Shown here in pieces: positions 25,898-35,846 of a stretch of DNA of 46,662 bases. The DNA lies in NCBI GenBank assembly GCA_046760905.1, contig JBHIFB010000004.1, forward strand, positions 1 to 46,662, given 5' to 3'. Numbering within the stretch: position 1 is the stretch's first letter; each line of letters starts with the position of its first letter. Source of the stretch: Candidatus Glassbacteria bacterium. Its GTDB lineage: Bacteria > Gemmatimonadota > CAZMKB01. A program made the translations under genes and the position numbers. The notes beneath the pieces are model-generated. The model did not search any database. It was given only the letters and a program-made list of their open reading frames with translations, and was not told where the DNA came from.

Positions 25898-26103
25898 TCA
25901 GGGGAGCGTCACTTTCACTCGGGATGTTGATTAATGGTTCCCAACCGGTATAGTCTTTCAAGTGACGCTCCCCCGATCTTAATGGATGATGGTTCCGCCA
26001 AGACCGGTGCCAAGCCAAAATACTCGCCCAGGGGACACCCCCTATTCTAAAGGGAGAAAGCTGTGCCCAATCCACCTCACTCACAAAATGAACGTTCCCC
26101 TGA
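25898..26103. repeat. Cluster of REP-like inverted repeats
   Basis: Perfect 14-bp inverted repeat GGGGAGCGTCACTT (25901-25914) / AAGTGACGCTCCCC (25960-25973). Further arm AAAATGAACGTTCCCCTGA (26085-26103) and partial CAGGGGAC near 26029. Confidence 0.55.
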
Positions 26104-26285
26104 TTTCTGAGAAGATTCGTCAGTTTCAACCGGTGGCAGATCCTCTATGGATTCGCATCGTGACAGATGCCTTGCTATAAATATCTTGGGGAAAATACGG
26201 GTGAATTTTAAAAGTTGACACTGTACTCGATATATAATAGTTTATACCCGATTAAAATAATGTAGCAGGGCTAGGAGAATACATT

Positions 26286-27527
26286 ATGGATTCCGAATTA
26301 CTCGAGAAGGTTATAGGGAAAACCGCTTCATACAGAGACGAGATGATCAGCATTCAGAAGAAACTCACTTCAATGGTCGCCCTCGCTCCGGAGAGCGGTG
26401 GGGTGGGAGAGGCCGAAAAAGCTTCATTTCTAAAACAGTACCTCGAGAGCATGAATGGAGTGAAGGTGGAGGAAATCAGGGCGAAAGACTCCAGGGTGCC
26501 TTGCGGGTACAGGCCGAACCTCATCGCTAGATTAGAAGGCGAGAAGAAGGACAGGGCTGTGTGGGTGATGTCCCACACCGACGTCGTTCCTGCAGGGGAG
26601 TCAGGTCTCTGGAAGGGAGACCCCTTCGAAGCATGGGAGGAGGATGATCTCCTTTACGGGAGGGGAGTCGAAGACAACCAGCAGGGAATGGTATCATCAC
26701 TTTTCGCTCTGAAGGCGCTGGTTGATTTAGGGGTGAAGCCTCCCTACGACGTTGGTCTGGTACTCGTCGCAGATGAGGAGGTGGGCAGCAAATATGGCAT
26801 CGATTATCTCCTTGAGCGGCACCCCGACCTTTTCAGGGAAGAGGATCTCATCATCATCCCGGACGCAGGAAATGAGGATGGGACGATGATCGAAGTGGCC
26901 GAGAAGAGCATCGTGTGGTTAAAATTCAAAACCAAAGGAATGCAGTGCCATGCGTCAACACCCCAGAAGGGAGTGAATGCATTCAAAGCCGCGAGTCACC
27001 TCGTTGTTAAACTTTCATCACTCTATGATGTATATAATGCCAGAAACGAGATCTTCAATCCCCCGATATCGACTTTCGAGCCGACAAAGAAGGAAGCGAA
27101 TGTTCCCAATGTCAACACATGCCCGGGCGAAGACGTCTTCTACCTCGATTCAAGGATACTGCCGGAATATGACATCGATGAAGTGCGGCATAAGATTTCG
27201 AAGCTGGCGCATGAAGTCGAAGAAGAATTCGGTGTCACGATACAGATTGAACCGGTGCAGCTCGAAGTGGCAACAGAACCAACTCCGGATGAAGCTCCGG
27301 TGGTGAAGGCTCTTCAGTGTGCCATAAAAGAGCTGCGCGGAAGGGAAGCGAAACCAATGGGAATTGGTGGCGGTACAGTCGCCTCCTTTTTCAGGAGACG
27401 CGGTTTCAAAGCCGCTGTCTGGAGCACAATGGAGGAGTCTGCTCACCAGCCTAATGAGTATTGTAAGATCAGCAATATGATTGAGGATTCGAAGGTGTTC
27501 GCACACGTTTTTCTGCAGGGATACTGA
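26286..27527 (+). CDS. M20 family metallo-hydrolase (ArgE/DapE-like peptidase or deacylase)
   Basis: SHTDVVP, YGRGVED, ADEEVGS, G.QCHASTP..G.NA and AHQPNEY motifs. Confidence 0.92.
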   Translation: MDSELLEKVIGKTASYRDEMISIQKKLTSMVALAPESGGVGEAEKASFLKQYLESMNGVKVEEIRAKDSRVPCGYRPNLIARLEGEKKDRAVWVMSHTDVVPAGESGLWKGDPFEAWEEDDLLYGRGVEDNQQGMVSSLFALKALVDLGVKPPYDVGLVLVADEEVGSKYGIDYLLERHPDLFREEDLIIIPDAGNEDGTMIEVAEKSIVWLKFKTKGMQCHASTPQKGVNAFKAASHLVVKLSSLYDVYNARNEIFNPPISTFEPTKKEANVPNVNTCPGEDVFYLDSRILPEYDIDEVRHKISKLAHEVEEEFGVTIQIEPVQLEVATEPTPDEAPVVKALQCAIKELRGREAKPMGIGGGTVASFFRRRGFKAAVWSTMEESAHQPNEYCKISNMIEDSKVFAHVFLQGY

Positions 27528-27580
27528 CATCACTCGAAGGATCCTCACCTTATCAACGGCTATGGGAGAAGGAGGTCTTC

Positions 27581-29581
27581 ATGGCAGAAAAGGAGTTTAA
27601 GACATATGTACCTGCAGAAACCGACATGTTGGAGTTCACTCTAAAGGCTGTCCTGGTTGGGGCGGTCTTCTCAATCATTCTGGGATCCGCGAATGCATAT
27701 CTTGGCCTCAAGGCCGGGATGACCGTCGCCGCAACTTTTCCTGCAGCGGTTATGGCCATGGCCGTTCTAAGGGTTTTCAACGGCTCGATTCTTGAGGAGA
27801 ACGTATGCAGAACCACCGCTGCTGTCGGCGAGGCTCTGGTGGCCGGCGCCATATTTACTATCCCCGCCTTCCTAATTGCTCAGGACCCGGTGACCGGCGA
27901 AAGGATATGGTCTCACATTAAATGGTCCCAGAGCACGGCGCTGATGCTAGTAGGTGGCATCCTGGGAGTCCTGTTCGTCGTCTTCCTCAGAAGGATTCTG
28001 CTCGAAGACAAGACACTCCCCTTCCCGGAGAGCCTCGCCTGCTCCGAGATCGTTAAAGCCGGTCAGAAGGGACAGACCGGGGCCAAATACGTGTTCGGTG
28101 CCATTGGCCTTGCCGCTGTCATTGAGCTTTTCAAGAACAGTTACGGGCTCGAGCTGATCACCTCATATGTGAGGACCTTCATCCCGATGACGGTCAGAAA
28201 TTTTAGGCTCGTGACGACACAACTCAAGGAGATCGGTTCATCCTTCACGACCACCGGCGGCGCATTCCTTGAAACTCCTGCTGCATCCCCTGCCATGCTC
28301 GGGGTCGGTTACATTATCGGGCCGAGGCTCTCCGCAATAGTCTTCAGCGGCGGCGTTTTCGGATGGCTTCTTCTCGTGCCGCTTCTTATTTTCATAGATA
28401 GCAGTTTCGGTGCCAGGGTGGCGGGTGGCGAAACTACCTGGATCAATATCTGTAACGCTGTCTGGAACTCGCAGGTGAGGCCCCTTGCAGTGGGCGCCAT
28501 GCTCATCGGGGCCTTCTATACCCTCTTCATGATGAGAAGCTCACTCGGTACCGGGATCGTGAGGGCCTTCAGGGACATGAGAAAGATGGGCAAGGAAACG
28601 GAGAAGCCGGGCAGGCTGGATACCGACATACCGTATCACTGGGTCGTGATCGGAATCGTGGCGCTCGTAATCCCGATTTTCTTCATATACTACTACTTCA
28701 GCAACAGCCTGGGCGGTGCTCTGCTAGCTGCACTTGTGATGACCCTGGCAGGATTCCTGTTCGCAGCAGTGGCTGGCTACCTGGTTGGCACGATCGGCAG
28801 TTCGAACAACCCGATCTCCGGCCTCACCCTCTCCACGCTAATCGTTGCCGCCCTGCTGATGGTCCTCATCGGAGTGAAGGGTGCTGCCGGGATCGCTGCA
28901 GTACTCGGCGTTGCGGCAGTTGTGTGCTGTTCCTCCGGTGTTGCAGGAGATATCATGCAGGATCTCAAAGTGGGTCATATCCTCGGTGGAACCCCGTGGA
29001 AGATGGAAGTCGGATGTATGATAGGCGTCGTGGCCGCGGCGCTTGTGATGGTGTTCCCGCTACAGATGCTTCATGAAGCAAACCTTGCAACAGGTGGGAT
29101 AGGGGGCGACGTGCTCCCCGCTCCCCAGGCGGGCCTCATGGCCATGCTCTCACAGGGAATCATCGGGGGTGGCATGGCCTGGCCGCTCGTTCTGGTGGGA
29201 ATACTGTTCTCCATCGGCCTTATTCTGATCAAGGCACCATCACCGATGCTCATAGCAGTAGGGATGTATCTCCCTTTTCACACCACTGCAGCTATTTTCT
29301 GCGGCGGGATTATCAAATGGATAGTCAATGGTATCGTGACAAAACGACAGGTACCTGCACAGGAGAAGGAAAGAGTGGAGAACACCGGTATCCTGCTGGC
29401 CTCAGGGCTCATCGCTGGCGAGGCGCTCATGGGGATTCTAATTGCCTTCTACGTTGTTTCAACCGGGAATCCAATATACCGGATAATACCGGGTGGAACA
29501 CCCTGGCTTGCTCTTTTCATCTTCTTATTACTTGCCTATATTCTCATCCGTATCCCTCTTAAAGCGAGCAAGGAGGCTTGA
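27581..29581 (+). CDS. OPT family oligopeptide transporter (paralog 2)
   Basis: ANAYLGLKAG, LPFPES, GSSNNPISG, DIMQDLKVGHILGGTP and PAPQA motifs; AAGGAGG RBS. Confidence 0.95.
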   Translation: MAEKEFKTYVPAETDMLEFTLKAVLVGAVFSIILGSANAYLGLKAGMTVAATFPAAVMAMAVLRVFNGSILEENVCRTTAAVGEALVAGAIFTIPAFLIAQDPVTGERIWSHIKWSQSTALMLVGGILGVLFVVFLRRILLEDKTLPFPESLACSEIVKAGQKGQTGAKYVFGAIGLAAVIELFKNSYGLELITSYVRTFIPMTVRNFRLVTTQLKEIGSSFTTTGGAFLETPAASPAMLGVGYIIGPRLSAIVFSGGVFGWLLLVPLLIFIDSSFGARVAGGETTWINICNAVWNSQVRPLAVGAMLIGAFYTLFMMRSSLGTGIVRAFRDMRKMGKETEKPGRLDTDIPYHWVVIGIVALVIPIFFIYYYFSNSLGGALLAALVMTLAGFLFAAVAGYLVGTIGSSNNPISGLTLSTLIVAALLMVLIGVKGAAGIAAVLGVAAVVCCSSGVAGDIMQDLKVGHILGGTPWKMEVGCMIGVVAAALVMVFPLQMLHEANLATGGIGGDVLPAPQAGLMAMLSQGIIGGGMAWPLVLVGILFSIGLILIKAPSPMLIAVGMYLPFHTTAAIFCGGIIKWIVNGIVTKRQVPAQEKERVENTGILLASGLIAGEALMGILIAFYVVSTGNPIYRIIPGGTPWLALFIFLLLAYILIRIPLKASKEA

Positions 29582-29585
29582 GTAA

Positions 29586-29927
29586 ATGAAGAGGGGTGAA
29601 GTGAATCTTCTCAGTCTCATACCAGTTCGTAACAGAGATTGGGAGAGCCGGGATGGGTCAAGCGTTGTCATACTGGCACCCCGATTCACCAATCGGTGGC
29701 TTCTCGAGAAGGTCGTTCCTCGATTGAAGAATCCGTATTACAAGGTGAGCCTCGATGAGGTTGGAAGCAGAGTATGGATGAGCTGTGATGGGAAGAAGAC
29801 CGTGGGGGAGATAGCAAAGAGACTCAGGGATGAGTTCGGAGAGGATGTTGAGCCGGTGTACGATCGGTTGGGGAGTTTCTTCAAGACCATGGAGGAGCAT
29901 CTCTTCATAAGGTTCAAGAATATCTAA
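29586..29927 (+). CDS. PqqD-family (RRE-fold) protein
   Basis: VSLDEVGSRVWMSCDGKKTVGEIAKRL..EFGE PqqD-like signature; 4 bp after the OPT stop. Confidence 0.85.
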   Translation: MKRGEVNLLSLIPVRNRDWESRDGSSVVILAPRFTNRWLLEKVVPRLKNPYYKVSLDEVGSRVWMSCDGKKTVGEIAKRLRDEFGEDVEPVYDRLGSFFKTMEEHLFIRFKNI

Positions 29928-29973
29928 AACGTGCCTGAAAGCCCTTACAATTGAGAGGCTCCGTTTCCGGGAC

Positions 29974-31122
29974 ATGAACATAGGGATATTGAAGGAAAAA
30001 ACACCCGGCGAGAGGAGGGTTGGCCTTACCCCCTCGGTAGTGAGAGCGCTAGTCGCAGGCGGACACACGCTCTTCGTCGAGAAAGGGGCAGGAAGTAAGT
30101 CTTTCTTCGAAGATGAGGAATACGCATCCGCCGGTGCGAAAATAGTGGAGGGGGCCGATGAGCTCATCGGCAGGTCCAAGCTCATAGTGAAGGTGTCTCC
30201 TCTCCTGCCTCAGGAGTATGAGAGGCTCGTATTGAATCAGGTGGTCGTGGGGTTCATGCACATGGCCATAGCCTCGGACTCTTCAATCAGAGAGGTCATC
30301 GACAAAAAGGTAACTATTATAGGGTATGAGATCATCGAGAATACCGATGGTGAGCTCCCCATCCTCATTCCGATGAGCGAGATAGCAGGCCAGGTGTGCG
30401 TGCAAATTGCCGCTCATTACCTCCAGGGGGACCAGGGAGGGAGGGGCCTCCTCGTCGGTGGTATGCCGGGAGTGCCTCCCGCGGTTTTCGTCATCGCTGG
30501 GGCCGGCGTGGTGGGTACGGAGGCCGCGAGGACGGCCATAGGCCTCGGAGCCCAGGTGATCGTTCTGGATAGAGATGTTGAGAAGTTGAGGCGGATCGAT
30601 GAATTGTTCGGCAAGAGGGTCATCACCTCGGTTGCAACCCATTATAATCTTGAGCGGGCTGTTAAATTCGCCGATGTCTTCATTGGTGCAGTCCTGGTTC
30701 ATGGCGAGAAGGCGCCCATACTCGTTACGAGGCAAATGGTCTCGACGATGAAAAAAGGGACTGTGATTGTCGATGTCTCCATTGATCAGGGAGGCTGTAT
30801 CGAAACGAGCAGACCCACGAGCTCAGAGAATCCGGTATTCATCGAGGAAGGCGTGATCCATTATTGCATCCCCTACATTCCCTCTGTTGTAGGGAGAACG
30901 GCCACGAGAGCACTCAGCAATGCTACTCTCCCATACATAACTCAGATCGCACAGCACGGAATAGAGGAAGCGGTGAAAAGTAGTGCAGAACTGGCGAGGG
31001 GGGTCTATTTCTATAAGGGCAGGTGTGCAAAACCGGGTCTCTCCCAGACCTTCGGGATCGGCTGCAACTCGTTACAGGACATCCTGGAAGGGAAGGTCTG
31101 GTTAGGCGATCTCTCTCTATGA
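29974..31122 (+). CDS. Alanine dehydrogenase-family protein with an atypical active site
   Basis: ERRVGLTP, VEKGAG, PMSEIAG, GAGVVG and DVSIDQGG motifs; KVSP replaces KVKEP. Confidence 0.88.
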   Translation: MNIGILKEKTPGERRVGLTPSVVRALVAGGHTLFVEKGAGSKSFFEDEEYASAGAKIVEGADELIGRSKLIVKVSPLLPQEYERLVLNQVVVGFMHMAIASDSSIREVIDKKVTIIGYEIIENTDGELPILIPMSEIAGQVCVQIAAHYLQGDQGGRGLLVGGMPGVPPAVFVIAGAGVVGTEAARTAIGLGAQVIVLDRDVEKLRRIDELFGKRVITSVATHYNLERAVKFADVFIGAVLVHGEKAPILVTRQMVSTMKKGTVIVDVSIDQGGCIETSRPTSSENPVFIEEGVIHYCIPYIPSVVGRTATRALSNATLPYITQIAQHGIEEAVKSSAELARGVYFYKGRCAKPGLSQTFGIGCNSLQDILEGKVWLGDLSL

Positions 31123-31299
31123 GCCGATCATCATTTCCTATCCCTTGATGAAGATCAACGGGAAGCCATGCAAGATCGGTCACAGCTCTCCGGTCGGTTT
31201 TCCTTGATTTTTGATGCGACCTTTGTAAATTTAGTACCACATATTGAGACAACTTCTTTGATACTCGATTTACCGGTTTGCCTGAACCTGTGAAGGAGT

Positions 31300-32373
31300 A
31301 TGGAAATGGTATGTTTCGAAAGGATGTCAGAACTTGAACACGAGCAGGTTGTCTTCTGTCACAATAAAGTCGCGAATCTCAAAGCTATAATAGCCATTCA
31401 CAACACGATCCTTGGGCCTGCGCTTGGCGGGACTAGGATGTGGCCTTTCAAATCAGAAGAGGAAGCACTCATCGATGTATTGAGGTTATCTCGAGGAATG
31501 ACTTATAAGGCTGCTCTTGCCGGTCTGAATCTGGGTGGAGGCAAGGCCGTCATTATAGGCAATCCAAAAAAAGACAAGACCGAGAACCTTTTCAGAGCGT
31601 TCGGAAGATTCGTCGAGAGCCTTGGGGGTAGGTACATCACCGCGGAGGACGTCGGAACAACCGTTCAGGATATGGAATACGTGTTCATGGAGACGAAGCA
31701 CGTGACCGGCGTCGCCATGACCCGTGGCGGAAGCGGAGACCCGTCTCCCTTCACCGCTTCGGGTGTGTATCATGGGATAAGGGCCTGTGTAAAAGAAAAG
31801 ATGAAGAGGGACGATCTCGAAGGGCTCAGAGTGGCCGTGCAGGGTGTCGGTCATGTCGGGTACCATCTTGTGAAGAATCTGACAGAAGCCGGTGCTAAGT
31901 GCATCGTGACTGATATTGATAAAGATAAAATCGAAAGGGTTGTCGATGAGTTCAAGACAGAAAACGTTGAACCCGATGAGATCTACGGTGTTGATGCTGA
32001 AATATTCGCCCCGTGTGCTCTCGGTGCCGTAATAAACGATAAAACAATCCCCATGTTGAAATGCCAGATAGTCGCTGGAGGAGCAAACAACCAACTGGCT
32101 GAGGAGAGGCATGGCGATGTCCTTCATGAAAGAGGGATATTGTATGCTCCGGATTACGTCATTAATGCCGGTGGTCTCATAAACGTTTCCATCGAACTGG
32201 AAGGATATGTGAGGGAGAGAGCACTCAAAAAAACTGAACAGCTGTACGACAGTCTTCTTAAGATTTTCGAATTAAAAAAGAGGAAGAAAATTCCTACATA
32301 TAAGGCAGCAGATCTTCTTGCCGAAGAGAGAATCGCTACCGCCGGCATAATCCACAGCAGCTATCTGCCTTAA
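31300..32373 (+). CDS. Leucine dehydrogenase (Glu/Leu/Phe/Val dehydrogenase family)
   Basis: [57 protein letters not shown] and [11 protein letters not shown] motifs. Confidence 0.93.
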   Translation: MEMVCFERMSELEHEQVVFCHNKVANLKAIIAIHNTILGPALGGTRMWPFKSEEEALIDVLRLSRGMTYKAALAGLNLGGGKAVIIGNPKKDKTENLFRAFGRFVESLGGRYITAEDVGTTVQDMEYVFMETKHVTGVAMTRGGSGDPSPFTASGVYHGIRACVKEKMKRDDLEGLRVAVQGVGHVGYHLVKNLTEAGAKCIVTDIDKDKIERVVDEFKTENVEPDEIYGVDAEIFAPCALGAVINDKTIPMLKCQIVAGGANNQLAEERHGDVLHERGILYAPDYVINAGGLINVSIELEGYVRERALKKTEQLYDSLLKIFELKKRKKIPTYKAADLLAEERIATAGIIHSSYLP

Positions 32374-32388
32374 GTAGACAGGTGAACG

Positions 32389-32751
32389 ATGACGAAACTT
32401 CTGGTTGTTGATGACGAAGCGCCATTGAGACTTCTTTACGAGAAGGAATTGACGGAAGAAGGTTACGAAGTCGTCTGTGCTGGTGATGGATGGGAAGCAG
32501 TGAGGAAGATAGAAGAAGAGATCCCTGACCTCGTTGTTCTTGATATCCAGATGCCAGAAATGGATGGTCTGGAGGCCATGGGGAGGATCCTGGGAAAATA
32601 CAACAAGCTTCCCGTAATCATCAACACCGCCTACACCAGCTACAAGAGTAACTTCATGAGCTGGGCAGCCGATGCGTACGTCGTTAAGTCATCGAACCTT
32701 GATGAGCTGAAATCAACTATCAGAGAGGTTCTCGAAAACTACAATAGATAA
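32389..32751 (+). CDS. Single-domain response regulator
   Basis: LLVVDDE, VLDIQMPEMDG, INTAY, YVVKSS; no output domain. Confidence 0.93.
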   Translation: MTKLLVVDDEAPLRLLYEKELTEEGYEVVCAGDGWEAVRKIEEEIPDLVVLDIQMPEMDGLEAMGRILGKYNKLPVIINTAYTSYKSNFMSWAADAYVVKSSNLDELKSTIREVLENYNR

Positions 32752-32813
32752 GTAGCGGTACTCTCTGAATGTATCGGCACATGCAGCTCAAAAATCATAC
32801 CGATAGCGGATAC

Positions 32814-34028
32814 ATGAAAGATTGCCTCGTGATCGTGCTCGCAGGGGGTCACGGGGAAAGATTATATCCGCTCACGAAGGACAGGACGAAACCAGCCGTA
32901 CCCTTCGGTGGTGCATACCGGATCATCGACTTCACTCTATCGAATTGCGTTAATTCCGGTCTCAGGAGGATTTTTGTTCTCACTCAGTATAAATCGTACT
33001 CCCTCGATACTCATATCAGACAGGCATGGTTTTTCTTAAGGAGGAGGGAGCTGGGTGAGTTTATCGAGACCATTCCGCCTCAGCTGAGAAGTTCTGAAAA
33101 ATGGTATCAGGGAACGGCAGATGCTATTTTTCAGAACGTTTACATGCTGAATCAGGAAAGACCGAAGAGGGTTTTTATCCTTTCGGGCGACCACGTTTAT
33201 CGGATGAACTACCGGAGGATGCTCGAAAGTCACATCAATAAGGGAGCGGATCTGACAATCGCCAGCGTCGAAGTGCCAAGGAATCAGCTGGAAAGATTCG
33301 GTACGATAAAGGTGGATGATGATCTCAGGGTAGTGGGCTTCAAGGAGAAATCCAAAGCGCCACACCTTCATCCGAAGAAGCCGAAAAAAGCTCTTGTATC
33401 GATGGGAGTATATCTTTTTGAGACCGAGGCACTGGTGCGGGCAGTAATAAAGGATGCGAAGAAGGATTCGCAGCATGACTTCGGAAAGAATATTATACCT
33501 GACATGTTGTCCACGAAGACGGTATATGCCTATAATTATATCGACGAAATTTCTGGAAAACCCTTGTACTGGAGGGATATCGGGACGATCGATAGCTACT
33601 GGGAGGCCAATATGGATCTCATCAAGAAAACTCCTCCCTTTGATTTGTACGATAGCTCATGGCCAATATTCACTGTCAACAGGATCACCCCCCCTGCAAT
33701 TGTGAAGCGGAGCGTTAACAATCGAAGTTCATGCGAAGTCGTGGATTCTATGATATCGAATGGCTGTATAGTAGAAGGAGCAAAAGTGAAGAGATCGATA
33801 ATCTCATCCAGTGTAGTTGTCAGTAGAGATTCGCTCATTACTGATTCCATAATCATGGCTGGAGTGGTCATTGGTAAAGGTGCTCGAATAAAAAAGACTA
33901 TAATAGATAAGCAAGTTGTAATACCCCGAGATTTTTCAATAGGTTACAAGAGAGAGGAAGATAGTAAGCGATTCAAAATATCACCAGGCGGGGTAACGGT
34001 GGTTCCAAAGGGGTACAGGTTCCAATGA
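32814..34028 (+). CDS. glgC: Glucose-1-phosphate adenylyltransferase (paralog 2)
   Basis: Start probably ATG 32814 (ORF open from 32769). AGGHGERLYPLT..RTKPAVPFGG, WYQGTADA, LSGDHVY, FKEKS, HDFG and YWRDIGT motifs. Confidence 0.92.
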   Translation: MKDCLVIVLAGGHGERLYPLTKDRTKPAVPFGGAYRIIDFTLSNCVNSGLRRIFVLTQYKSYSLDTHIRQAWFFLRRRELGEFIETIPPQLRSSEKWYQGTADAIFQNVYMLNQERPKRVFILSGDHVYRMNYRRMLESHINKGADLTIASVEVPRNQLERFGTIKVDDDLRVVGFKEKSKAPHLHPKKPKKALVSMGVYLFETEALVRAVIKDAKKDSQHDFGKNIIPDMLSTKTVYAYNYIDEISGKPLYWRDIGTIDSYWEANMDLIKKTPPFDLYDSSWPIFTVNRITPPAIVKRSVNNRSSCEVVDSMISNGCIVEGAKVKRSIISSSVVVSRDSLITDSIIMAGVVIGKGARIKKTIIDKQVVIPRDFSIGYKREEDSKRFKISPGGVTVVPKGYRFQ

Positions 34029-34043
34029 GAATAAGAGGTCAGA

Positions 34044-35729
34044 TTGAACAACGACGATGACAAAAAAGTCCAGGAAGTAAGATGCTGGGAGATCCTTTCA
34101 TGCGAGAATGACACCTGCCCGGTCTACGGTAATCCGGAAAAGGTATGCTGGCTGGAGGAAGAAGTGGATTGCCTCATGAAACCCGGTACTCTGGCAGAGG
34201 ATAAGTTCATCGAGGTATGCAGTGGCTGTGAGGTGTTCGAGAAGAGGCTATCACGTGCATTGGGCCGAAGATTGGATGATTATGCGATCAATCAGACACT
34301 CCGGATGCTTGTAGGTGAACTCGGTAAGAGGCACACAGAGCTGAAAAGAACGAACAGACGGTTGATGAGAAGGGTTAGGGGACTCACATATTTTGGGGAG
34401 GTTGCGGCAGATCTTGCCAGCACCAAGGAACTCGTCGAAATACTGCAAATAATACTCACGGGAATAACCTTTGGCGATATACTCGGATTCAACAGGGCAT
34501 TCCTATTCCTGGTGGATGAGGGTGAGAGGGCATTGAAGGGGCGGCTGGCTATAGGACCGGCTGATGAGGAGGAAGCTCACAGGATCTGGAGCGAGCTCTC
34601 AACAAGACAATCGACCATCAAGGAGATCATAGAGACGAAAAAGAAGATCGCGGATGGCGTAGACAGATACGTGAATCAGCTTGTTAGAAGTATCACAATT
34701 CCTTTGGACTCCGAGGATAACATACTCATCAAGGCGATGAGAGAGAAGAAGTCATTTAACATAAAGAGGACTTCGGAAGAGGTGAATGGGAGTGAATCGC
34801 TCATAGATGCCCTGGGAACAGACGCCTTCGTGGTGGTACCGCTCCGTGTGAAAGAGAAAGAGCTGGGAGTTCTCGTTGCAGATAACATATTCTCGAAAAG
34901 ACCCATAACGAATTACGATATCGGATTGCTGGAGACCTTCGTTCATCAGGCGAGCCTTGCCATACACAATGCAGGTCTCTATACCAGGCTTTCTGAGAAG
35001 CTGAAGGAGCTTGAAGAGGCCTACAGGGTGCTACAGGACAACCAGGAACGCCTCGTGAGGGCAGAGAAACTCGCGGCAGTCGGCGAGATAACGGCCAAAG
35101 TTGCCCATGAGATCAAAAACCCGCTCACATCCATAGGCGGTTTCGCTCGGTCGATATACAGGGGAATGAGCGATGACGATGCCAACAAGACGTATCTCGA
35201 AGTTATCCTGCAGGAAGTGGAAAGACTCGAAGGGATCCTCCATGATCTACTCTCCTTCGCACATCCGTCTCCGCCAGAGAAGGTGAAAAGAAGCATAAAT
35301 GAGATAATCGAGAAGAGTCTCCTCGTTCTCACAGGCGAGGTGGATAAAAATAAGATAGAGCTCGATCTCCACCTGAGGCCCGATTTGCCTGATGTCTGGT
35401 ATGATGCGCGACAGCTCAAACAGGTATTTCTGAACCTGTTCAAAAATGCGATCCAGGCGATGACGAACGGTGGGAGGTTGAGGATAGAGAGTCAGAGAAC
35501 AGACCGGTGGGTCTGTGTGAGTGTCATGGACACGGGAATGGGGATTCCTCAGGAGAACATGTCAAAACTTTTCCTTCCATTTTTTACCACGAAGAGTGAC
35601 GGCTCAGGATTAGGACTCCCTGTCAGTCATCAGATACTGAAGGACCATAACGGGTATATAGATGTTTCCAGCCAGGAGGGAGTCGGCACCAATTTCATGG
35701 TCTATTTGCCAGTCAAAGAAGACGCCTGA
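34044..35729 (+). CDS. Cytoplasmic sensor histidine kinase: Cys-rich two-CW domain, GAF, HisKA, HATPase
   Basis: N-terminal CWEILSC...CP...CW...C...CSGC; GAF (GFNRAFLFL...GVLVADN); AHEIKNPL, NLFKNA, DTGMGI and FFTTK..GSGLGL. No TM. Confidence 0.92.
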   Translation: MNNDDDKKVQEVRCWEILSCENDTCPVYGNPEKVCWLEEEVDCLMKPGTLAEDKFIEVCSGCEVFEKRLSRALGRRLDDYAINQTLRMLVGELGKRHTELKRTNRRLMRRVRGLTYFGEVAADLASTKELVEILQIILTGITFGDILGFNRAFLFLVDEGERALKGRLAIGPADEEEAHRIWSELSTRQSTIKEIIETKKKIADGVDRYVNQLVRSITIPLDSEDNILIKAMREKKSFNIKRTSEEVNGSESLIDALGTDAFVVVPLRVKEKELGVLVADNIFSKRPITNYDIGLLETFVHQASLAIHNAGLYTRLSEKLKELEEAYRVLQDNQERLVRAEKLAAVGEITAKVAHEIKNPLTSIGGFARSIYRGMSDDDANKTYLEVILQEVERLEGILHDLLSFAHPSPPEKVKRSINEIIEKSLLVLTGEVDKNKIELDLHLRPDLPDVWYDARQLKQVFLNLFKNAIQAMTNGGRLRIESQRTDRWVCVSVMDTGMGIPQENMSKLFLPFFTTKSDGSGLGLPVSHQILKDHNGYIDVSSQEGVGTNFMVYLPVKEDA

Positions 35730-35846
35730 GGTTACGATCACGCCACAATGGTGCGGGAACAGGGAAGACCAATGAATCGGCTCCAATCCAAGTATAATAC
35801 GGAATGCTGCTCCCCTCGGGAGAACTGTGGCGTCCCCGTTAATCCC

